64,000 bases of DNA from assembly GCA_002633005.1 (NCBI GenBank), contig NMRA01000089.1:731895-795894 (forward strand), in the 5' to 3' direction. Below are positions 24,027 through 35,125 of this stretch, one piece after another. The notes below the pieces were generated by a model. It saw nothing but the letters and a program-made list of their open reading frames with translations. It ran no database searches and was not told the DNA's origin. This stretch comes from Phoronis australis (taxonomy: Eukaryota; Animalia; Phoronida). The position numbers were made by a program, and so were the translations under genes. Position 1 is the first letter of the stretch. Each line of letters begins with the position of its first letter.

Positions 24027-25656
24027 TTGTATTTTCTGGTCATGCTTGAACAAAAACCATTGTTCTCATGTGATGTGCAGAACATGCATTAAATCAATCA
24101 AAAGAAGAAAACATCAGTTTAACAGTATGTTCCCTAGGTTCCATCAGTATGCTCACATACATGGGATTTGGTGACACCATCCTCCCGTTCAGTAACGCTA
24201 GGACCTCGCTAAAAAGCAAGACTGCGAGATTACACGAGATATTAGCTAGGTCCTAGCGTAGGTCGTAGCATAACCGAATGCATGCCAGTTTGGTTTCAGA
24301 TGCAACTCACTACTACAAAGTCAATGCAGATTCTTACAAATGACTGATGACTCCAACTCTATGGAAAGAATCAAGTTTTTAATTACCACAGCAGCTCATT
24401 CAGCACATAGTACTATCATAGATTGTTTTAAAAAATGCACAGCTTCCCATTTTCACAATAGCTGATATTACATAAAATACACACATGTTACTTATCCGAG
24501 TGGAAAACATCACATTTGGCAAAAAAACCCGGTTGTTTCTGGTCCAAGACCAAACCTCAACAACAAAAAACAAACTGCCATTGGCATCGGTTTCAGTCTA
24601 CATCTATTTTTGGCTGCATACACCAAGACGTGTAAGCTAGGGTAAGCAACAAGGTTTGGGCAGGTTTTTGTTTGGTGATGATGAATATCTGAAAAAATAA
24701 GTGACCAGAACCAACTACGCATTTTTGGCCTTGAACGAAGGCTAAATGAAGTAAAAGGAATTTGTGCATGCATTGGTCACCTCGGATCCTCGGTATTTTG
24801 CGAATGCCTGTATAAAGAATTACGTGAGTACGTAAAATGTTGCAAAGTTACACAGTCTTTAAAACATCTATGGCTTCCCTAGTCAATTTGACTAGAAACC
24901 AAAGGCTTCTGTTTTAACAGTTGACATAAGACAACAGTTCCACTAAGTCCAACGACAGGTCCATTAAATCCACAAGTATTTCCGTTAGTAACCTACATTT
25001 TTACATATGCACCACTAAACCCAAACAAATTTCAGGAGTAATATTTTAAGGAGATTGTGAGACCTGTGTTCAAATTGGACATCAACACAGCCCCGCATCC
25101 CGAGACATGCGTAATGTTACTGTAAAAGAATGCACTTGGGGGCCCACAAGCCTATATATGAAACCGCACCAAAATCTGGCAAGGGGCAAGTTTTTAAAAT
25201 AGCACGAGTTGGCAATTACTTGACTTAAACAAAATGGTAGATGTGTATATTATTTAATTGAAAAGGACCAAGAATGGACAAAAGACACAGAAGACAACCA
25301 GGTAACGACATGTTCATGAACAAAAGTTGGCCACCTGCGCATTAAAGGTGAACATTAGGCTCATGTACCCATGTGCAAAACAAGGTAAAAAATCGCTTCG
25401 TCTAAGAAATATTTTGGATAAATGTGCATGGGACTAAATACGTGTGCTTAACCAAAACCTATTGCGATGCTCCATAGTTTTCATCATGTAAACTGATCAC
25501 TATTGCATCACAATATGTCCAGCAGACGTGATAAAAAATAGTTTTAAGACGTTTCACATTACGACTCGTTTTCAAACTGAAAAGCTTGAAATAAACTCTT
25601 GGCAGCGAAGTGGAATCTACGCCCATCTGTACAGTACAGAAAAATCTCGCCAATTT
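24027..25656 (+). repeat. ~1.65-kb direct duplication, copy 2
   Basis: Collinear with 21475-23145. Confidence 0.9.
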
Positions 25657-27538
25657 AAGACACCAACATGGTAACGGGTAAATTTTATTTTTTCATTATT
25701 TACATGAATTTATTTGTAGCACCAAATATATACCCTTGCTACCATCAGAGGTTTTAAAGTGGAACTTGCATGCTAATTCCTCATCTCTGTGATTGCTTGG
25801 TCAAATTAGAAGTACAATATATAGCGACGATGTGAATACGAAGTACGTTGAAACTTGTCAAATGGTTTTAAGAACCAATTTTGAGTCGAAAATGATCTGC
25901 CATAAGTCCCTCAACCATGTCCGGTAAGTAATGTGACGTCGTGTTGGGGAATAAGACTGCACGATGCAGCCTATGTAAGCCCTTGAGGTATGTCATTAGC
26001 GCAAGGGTCACCTATTTGCAGATTTTTTTGTTTTGCACATTTATAAGTTGTCATATACAACTGCACTTTGTTTAGCGTACCTGATGTTCAAATAACATTA
26101 GTCGTTTAGTTCGTGCTATACATTAGAATAGTTAGGAGCATGCAAATACATCTTTAAGACATGAGCATTCACAACAACAGAAGCCATGAAAAATAAAAAA
26201 ATACCAACTTTGGCAATAATTTTTATCCAAAATTGTAGAGATATTAGTGCACCACAATGTCAAATACCAAAAACAAAGTAACAGTGGGATAAACTGCATT
26301 AAGATTTTAAAATGCCACAAAAAGCAGCTTTAGTTCAAAGATGAAACTACTGGTAATTTGACTAGTCTTCATGAAGACAATGTGAATAATTGTCATACCA
26401 AAAGTAGACAGCTCAGGTTCATTACTGAATTTTTCGCGGAGTTGCAATTTCTGTTCAAACGATCAAGTGATTCTCCAGCATGCTAGTTATGCTGCCAACT
26501 GAAGTAGGGACAGAATGCAACAGTGGTATGCTGTTATCGACTTGTGGAGATAACATCTCGGAGACACCAAGTGTATGTAACAAAGTCAACTACGACTGGC
26601 TCCTGCTACATCACAGCTGCCACAAGCCTCACGTTGAGCGCTGGCTCAAATTGATATGAAGATGCATTATTCCATGAAATTAGCATCAAACCCTGTGATT
26701 AATCGACGACTTACCAACACACAGTGACCTCAGAATCCCACACTAACTGAAGACTCTAAAACATGGCTCCCTCACTAACAGACATTAAGGCAACGGTACC
26801 ATTTCAAATAAAGTTATATTTAATATGTACACAATTTATATATGAATTATAGGTCTTTATACTTGGATGCCAACTTTGTAACCTCCAAATATTCTTCAGG
26901 GCTCACATTCCTTCCAGCAATTGACATATCTTCTTGAGTACCTTATTTGGACATGGGAATGTTCCAAATACTACTCTTTCCAAAATACACTCTTATCTAT
27001 CAGTCATTGATTACTCCTCGTCTCTCTCATGTGATAGTTAACACGGAAGATGTCTTCCGCTGTCACACACTGATAACCACCAAGGCTCACGACCACATGG
27101 CACGTTTAAGAACAGTCCATATACAGTCCTTAATGTTTTTCAAACTCCCACAAAACCATCACAGATATCGAGCACAAGGTATTTTTTGTCCATATTCAAA
27201 CTGATGAGCAACTTTAATTACTATCCTTCATCCATCGTAATGATTATCATTATCATACAAATCTACATCCTGCACATTGCAAAATAGACCAACAAATTCT
27301 TCTGCCAGTTCACTGCAACACCAGTGCCTGATATTTGATCTCCAATTTAACCACAAACTCCGACTCAAAATATTTCAACTCAAAACCATGTCATAGAACT
27401 GTCACCTCCTACATTTTCAAGTGCAACACCAAAAATAGCAGGGAGTTCACTCTTGTCTTTACTTGGACGAAGTAGGCAATTTTAATGCAAGTTTAAAGCT
27501 GAGTACAGAGATGGTGACCATGTCGATTGCAAGTGCGT

Positions 27539-30500
27539 CTAGGCCAGAAACACGATGAAAATGATGAAGAAAACTATGAGCACACCAAATACTTTGATCA
27601 TCAGCCATCTGTTAGAGGTCACTGACTGGAAGTACTTTAAGATCTCGCCATGCGCTGCTTCCACGTTACTGTGCGTGTCGTCAACATTGGAATCGATTCT
27701 GAAGTAAAAATGATTACCATCAACTGACAAAGAATATATTGCAATGATTGGAGCTGAAGCAGGATAAACACCGAGAAGGTTGTTGTGGATGATTTTTTGA
27801 CGATATGAGAAGAGCAACAAAACACCTGGGTAACTTATACCTAGTAGAGCTAGAAAGAACAAGGCAAGACTGGCTAAACAATGTTCCACGACACTACTTT
27901 TTGATAAATGAACAGCAGAAGTCATGACACTCTGGAAATGAGCAAAATTATAAGAAATGAGTAAAACTCAGTTTGTGAGATCTCCCAGCATCGCAAACTG
28001 AATGGCACAAGATTTATGGCATTTTTACCACTGGTCTGACATTCTGAGTACACGAGACAGACTGCACAGACACGACCCAAAAAAAGAAATCTGGACAAAG
28101 ACTGAGTCAAACACACTACATGTTGCACACATAGTGCGTGTAAGCCAGACACAGAATGTGTGAATTGAACTCAATTGCATGCGTCGGACAAAGTGTTTGA
28201 GCACTGACTGCAAGTCAGATACAAACACTACGGCTCAAGCAGTCATCCTTGGAGTGCGAGTCAAATGGAAGTTTTGTAAAGCTGACACACACTGTCACAA
28301 ACACTGACCTCTGTACCATCTCCTCCTGTTCCTTGACCATGTGAGCCAGCTGTGTAAATATCCCGCCCAGTTCTACAATGGTTTGTTCTATATTCTGCAT
28401 TGTACTCGCTCTCTCCTCTATGTACTTGTCCTGAAATAAGATAGCCTTCCATAGATGACAGGCACAGTACCCACCCTTCAAAATAGTCACCAGCGGCAAA
28501 CTAATGAAAACTACGCGTGTAACAGTTGCACTATTCAGCTGGCGAAAGAGCAACTAGTTGTTCCTCTATCAGTTTTCGTGTGTAAGAACAGATCATCCAA
28601 GTTTTGTTGCATTTCAAAAGCAATTCTAACACAACATGGCCGATTGGGAAACAATCAAATATGAAGGAAATAATTTGAATCACATCTATTCTTGCAAGAC
28701 AAAACAAGTTTTTATAAAATTATATACAGTTAGAACTGAAGTAATTTTATAACTCAAGTCATATTAAAGTTACGATACATTATGTATTGTATAGTCTATC
28801 TGGCCTGTGACACAGTAATCCTTAAGGTCATTTACCTGTTCCTCAATCATTGCTTGCTGTTGCACCCTCTCTCTCACTCCATCCATGTTGATGGTGATAT
28901 CACCACCGGCGACACTCTGTGCCTCATCTTGTAACAGGACAGAGCCGGCTGAAAGTATGATAACAGAGTGATATGTACGATGACGGCGACAAAGTGAGAA
29001 TATACAGTCAGACAACTTCAGTGTGGCCAGAAAACGGACAATTTCAGTTTGGCTAGAAAACGGACAACTTCAGTGTGGCCAGAAAATGGAAAACTTCAGT
29101 GTGGTCAGAAAACGGACAACTTCAGTGTGGCCAGAAAACTGGCGAGGAAATACTAGTTCACATATCACTTGATGAGCCTAGTTTTGATTGATTAAATCAT
29201 GTTTTCTACTTGAATGTTGCTTGGACTACCTAGAAAAACCAATGCATCTAAATTAATAAAAACCCATTTAAGAAAGGCTATAAACAAGTGACAGGTGAAT
29301 TTCAATCAAAAACAATATGTAACTCAACTCTAGCATTACACCAGCTCCGCTTTCCACCAGTAAGACCACATTTTACTACAAAACTGTCACCACAACAATG
29401 CAAAATCAATGTAAGATCAATTCTAGACTAGTACAACATTCACCAAAAAGCAATTATACTGCTACCTAGGAGTCAAAGTAGCCATAGTTTATTTATGTTG
29501 CAAGCCCACGTTGAAATATGTAACAGCTTACCATGCCCGCCCATGGCTGAGGGTGGTAACGAGGATGTCGCATGCGACTGTGCGGATGAGAACTGCTCAC
29601 GGCGGGACTTCTGATGGCGCAGGTTCTCTGTCCTCACTTCCAGCACTGACTTGAAGTCATTGGACATGGTGGCCAACTTCGACTGTAACAAGAGACATAA
29701 GATCAATCAAGAAGGCAGTTGTACATATGATTCCTCAAGCAAGTCAATAATAATAAATTTACATTGAAAATTCTTCAATTTCAGACAAAACAAGGAGATA
29801 GCATTGTAATGTTTCTATTTTTCAAAGGCTTATACACCATTGCACAAATGAATAACAACCCAGTGTAGACATTGCAAGCTTAACTATGACCTTCTACAGA
29901 AGGTCGATGAATGGCGTGTTCTGGTAGGAAGGAAGAATCTCAAGTTATGACTGAGAGCTACTGGTGGTAGAGTGTTGAATCAGCAGTAAAGCCCTGTTCT
30001 ACACCCAACTGAACACATCACCAAGGAGTCACTCGAGCATAATCATGAATTTTATCATACTTCCTCCTAAAACATCACTCCTCCATGTAAAGAAAATAAA
30101 TGACATGTTGATAACATGAAAAGGGTGTGTGGCAAATTATCATAGGTATTGGGGTCTGAAACACTTTTACCAAATAAAATCACAGAAAGTGCCTCTTCAA
30201 CAACTGGGTTTCTTTTCTTTATCATGCAGTAAAAATTACAGAAGCAATGTAGTCTTGTTGTGAAGACTGACAGGGTTCATTTTACCTGTAATGCCACCAC
30301 CACTGTGTTTGAATGCTTCTGTACGTGACGACCATTTTGGTAGCTGTGCCCTTTTGACACCTACAAATATGGAAACTAGCCATTAGCAACACAATGTCTC
30401 ATATGCCATTTCAAAAAAACGACAAAAAACTATTGCAGATATTAGACATGACATTCCATACAATGTAGAACAACAGTGCAGGCATTCTAACCCAGATGTT

Positions 30501-32940
30501 GAATTTGTAACACAATAACACTTGGGACGTGTGTACACACAAAGACAGGATCAGAATTCAGACGTATGCACCAACTCCTTTCATAAATTGTCACACATTG
30601 CTACATGAATTGTCACGCACTGCGACATGAATTGTAACACATTGCTACATAAATTGACACACTCAAAAACAATTACTAATTAAATTTCACTAAGCAGAAA
30701 ATCAAACATTGAATAAACTAAACGTTTAAAGATTATTTACAAATTGAAGAAAGCATACAATCTTGCCACAAGAATCTGTAGATGTAACCTTAAGGCTTGC
30801 TTTTTAGCAAAACTTGTTCAGTGTGAGCACAATAATCATATTTCAGGTTCAGTCAGTTTTTTCTTAATATTTAACGCTACAAAATGCAGTAGAAATACAT
30901 GATGATGTATAAAACAATACTGGTACAGCCTATTGTCTGAATTATGTACATACATGCAAATTCAGTACGTGGCATTTGAACAAGTCCCAGGAAATCTAAT
31001 AACGTTTATAATACCTGTATTAGGTATTTTATTATAGCAATGGAAGTGCACAGATAAAGAAACGTTGAATAAATTTAAAACAAAAATCTCCCGCCACATA
31101 GGGACCTACAAGTCACTTGGGAAAAAGAGTACCAACTAACTGTCAAAAGGACGGTAATATGACAGTAAAAGTTTTCTTCACTCCAATACTTGACAACTTA
31201 AATTTTCAAGTATTTTAAATTTATTAGTTTCAGTAGGTGCAAGTGAAAGGGAATTTGTTCCCCAAACTTCGAAATCAAATCAGCAAAAAAGTTAAACGTG
31301 CAGATCAAATTAAACACCAAATCTCTTTTCACAAAATAAACCATGAAGGCACACATAGACTGACCTGTTGTAAGTTAGCAATCTGCTGATTCAAACTGTT
31401 GATGTCCTGTTTGATAATGTAGGTGAGTTCCTGGATCTCGATGGGCTTGTCGTCAAATAGGGACTTTCTCTTAGCCACTGGAGAGACAAAATATGACAAA
31501 GGTGCAAAAGCACATTCCTCGACACTTTTCCATTTTATACATTACGTTACGATTGAACAGGTGTTGGGAGTTTTATAAATGAAAAGTTTTAAAAACGTTT
31601 TTCGTTAACTATCAGTCAAGATGACTGGTAGCATTGAAAAACACAAGAACAACATAATCTGTCCAGAGATCAAATAGCTTTAAAAGGAAATAACAAGAAA
31701 TCAACTTACATATGGTCAATTTTTCCAACTTTGAAAACGTATTTGCAAGGTCTCGGCCAATTTTCCTAAAAAGAAAACATAAAACAACATTACACAAGAA
31801 ATGAAGTGACCAGAAAATTCAATGCTGGACCATCTTGTTTACTGATATATCTCAACACAACTTTTCTTCAATGTGTTGTTGCTCATAACAACAAAAATGT
31901 TTTCAATGCAAATTTAATGACACAAAACATTACGACGGTAAACGACATAAAAACATAAACCAAGAGCAAGGATGGTCAGAAGCCAAATATCTAATTGCTG
32001 TGTACGCGTGTTTAAGACTTTGTACACAATGTTGTGAATTGTGCACAGGAGAGCTGTTACGGTCAATAAATTTTATTTGATTTGATTGATGCAGAAAGTT
32101 TTCTGTAAACTGGAAAAACATTACAAAGGTATTTCATACATAAACAAATTCTAAAGGTTACTTTTTTCTATGAGTTTTGAGAGTAAAGACAATGACTATA
32201 AATTAAAAAATCTTTGGTCTCATACAATGAGTCAGAGGTTTCCAGAATTCCAGTCTAAACAAACACTGCAAAGAACATTAATCTCAAAATCCAAAGGCTT
32301 GCACATAATTTCCTACTAAAAGCATTTATCTAACAGAACATACTTGGCAAGCTGGTTGAACTGACTTCTCTGTTTTAGGTGCCTGTTCTCGTGTTTCACA
32401 AGGACTCCATTACCCTGAAAATTGCAAAATCTCGTAATTTATAACCTTAACAAGAAGCAGGTACAGCTGAACATATTTTGACAGTACACAAAGTGATTTT
32501 TTCAATTTTTTCTGAACAGAAAAACAGCAATTCCTTTCATTCACATACATCAAGTAATTACGAAATCACTGTTTTCAAGTCCACGTACTAAATTCTTGTC
32601 TTCGGGCATAACTTAGAGCTTGTGCACAGTGTATTAATAACGATCAGCGATGTCCTTATAAGTCCACATGACTTTGCTTATGATCCCTGTCATATATTAT
32701 AAGTCACACAAAGTTTACAATAATAATAATAAACAACATATTTAGCATGTAGCTCACAGTCACCTGACGTGATTTCAGCGACTTGACAGCAGACAGGAAC
32801 TCGTTAGTTCTATCTCGGCAGGACATATCGGGGTCATGGAATGTGGACACAGTGCCAACGAATGAACTCTTGGATGGGGGTGTATTCTCCTTCTGGTCAC
32901 GTTCTGATCCAGAGTTTGTGCGGCGTCGTAGCGTGCTCAT
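27539..32940 (-). CDS. STX5: Syntaxin-5 (cis-Golgi Qa-SNARE), 9 coding exons
   Basis: Exons 32940-32764, 32414-32344, 31765-31710, 31477-31365, 30360-30286, 29682-29532, 28948-28836, 28430-28309, 27698-27539. Motifs: MSCRDRTNEF, IGRDLANTFSKLEKLT.LAKRKSLFDDKPIEIQELTYIIKQDI, SNARE MQNIEQTIVELGGIFTQLAHMVKEQEEMVQRID, TM SNRWLMIKVFGVLIVFFIIFIVFLA. Probable non-coding exon 1 ends at 34737 (CTG|GTAAGT). Confidence 0.96.
29011..29140. repeat. Minisatellite, 5 x 26 bp (gacaacttcagtgtggccagaaaacg), in an STX5 intron
   Basis: Five contiguous near-identical units without spacers. Confidence 0.9.
30586..30662. repeat. Short tandem repeat, ~3.5 x 22 bp (aattgtcacacattgctacatg)
   Basis: aattgtcacacattgctacatg aattgtcacgcactgcgacatg aattgtaacacattgctacata aattgacacac. 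Confidence 0.75.
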
Positions 32941-34736
32941 GGAGACGGTTCAGTGCACCACTGAGCCATGAAGAAACACTGAAATTACACAATAAAATGT
33001 CCATTGAGACAATTCACAACTTAAGATGCCATGGGTATCATCTGTTCTGACCTACATTATATTGGTGACTTGGGACAGAAAGCAATGTTTGCTCACATTC
33101 AGTTGACTAAATAAATTGATTTTTGCTATTTACAGGACAATACAATCATCATCCTTATTGGTCGACATTTGTAATGTCATACTTTGTCGGAGTTAAATAA
33201 TTTGATTTTGCATTCACTAGACAAATTTTTCAAGACGTTACTGGTTAAAATAGCATGAACAACCCTATTGGCTAAAAATTCAATTTTCAAGTCCATTGGG
33301 AGCCTAACAACCATACTACCAACAGTTCTCATTGCTCCATATGACGTTACAACCTCGAGGGTAAAGGACAAAAAGTGTTTTTTTTTGCAATTCAGTCAGT
33401 CTAAAAAAAACCCTTTTTATGGCAGATTTACCACTATTTACACAAAGACTTCCGGAGTGAATAAAAAGACAGGATGTGGAAATAATTCCACAGCTATGCT
33501 TCTAAATTCCAACTACAATCCTTTCAATCCCAGCCCTGCAAACACAAACACACAGATATAGTAGCCCCCAACTCTACGTGCACCGAGAACTAGATGCTTT
33601 GCCAGGATATGAACAACGGTAATTCTAATTCTTTCAATAAACCAGTAATCTTTAATCATTTCCAAGAATTCAACCATTCTTACTCTCAAATCGCACCTTC
33701 AAACTCCCTAAAATGTTAGATGATTACTGTGATACCAAAATCAAAAACAATTATCTTCTGAACAGAACTAGGCACATAGAGTATCACCTTTAAGTCATCA
33801 TATAGCTATGACTGTAGCCAGCCAGCACGTTATATGATGACTAATTACGTCAAAATACAACATGAACAAGGAGCCTCTGGGTGTTAACTTCACATAGACC
33901 TTGAAATTTTAAACTGCCCGGGTAGATCGGCTTGTCACCTCGTAGTAGACCTAATGACTAGCTGGTATTAGAACGCTACAAACTTATAATGAAGTGAAAA
34001 CAATTTCGATATTTTGCTGTAAATAATACGCAACTGTTTGGAAAAACAGTTCGTTGAGGAATCCGGTGAAAAAAGAAATTGGCCAATAGATGATGCTCTA
34101 TTTCATGGCGTAACTTATTGAGAGAATTTACAAGCAGAATACAGGTAGGATGGCAGTCACTGTTCACTTTGAACTCCTACAAAAGCATAGTATTTATGAC
34201 ATTAATTTTGTGCCAGGTTTTGCTTGCCTTGGCAAGTTTTTTTTTACCCACATCCATGCAAAGATGTTTATAAACAAAACAGCTTTGAATCCTCGAGTCG
34301 GGTGAGTGAAATTCATGATTACTCAGATCCATGAGGTAACTTATTCATATAGCATTTTTGGCATTGAAAGTGTAGTCAATCTGTAAAAGTTTCAGCCGGC
34401 TGAAGCTGCCTTCATTTTGGCAGCTTTAAAGGCTTTGGTATGCTAGGTCTGCTTTGCATTTGGGAATGGAATATTGACGAAGTTTGACTGAATTTAACAT
34501 TTTCAATTGGACTGGGTAATCTTGCATTTAGACGTCAACGTCTCGATAGCTGTATCCAGTTCTCAATGACTACCACACAATATAGATGGCTAAATGCGAA
34601 ATTGCTAACTATTGAAACACACACGTCTTCTAACAGCTGAGCCTAAACCGAAGAGAAGCCTGAAGAAGTGAATCGGCAGAATGTGAAACCACTTTTATTC
34701 GTGACAATCTGTTATTCATAATTAGAACTAACTTAC

Positions 34737-35125
34737 CAGATGTGTGGGTATGTTTTCTAGTTCGCGATGAAATTCATGCTATTATTGACCTACCATACAT
34801 TGATAATGAATAACATAAGGTATGAATACAAATGGGGTAAATTAAAGGAAAACTACGGAGATTTTCCCAATCACAAATCGTCCACGAAACAGCCTGACGT
34901 CATTGCCGGTGTTGGTTGCACATGCGCATTAGCAGTGATTAACAAAATGTTGCATTGTGGTCTAATAGTTATCTTGCGTTTTGACATAGACGAATGCAGA
35001 CGTGTGTTTGCTTGCTCTTACAATTTGCGTTCATTCATCACTAATTCTGTTAAATAAGTCGTTTATTGGAAGTCATAGAAAGTGTACTTCTAAGTAACTG
35101 ACGTTTATGTGGAAAAAAATTGAAA
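34737..35125. promoter_or_regulatory. Bidirectional promoter/5' UTRs of STX5 and MTR
   Basis: Minus-strand donor at 34736 and MTR ATG at 35126. Palindromic CRE TGACGTCA at 34895-34902 and NRF1-like TGCACATGCGCA at 34917-34928. Confidence 0.6.

Noticed and set aside
29011-29140. CRISPR-like array (also considered for 54570-54927)
   Set aside because: Contiguous repeats without unique spacers, eukaryotic intron context, no cas genes.
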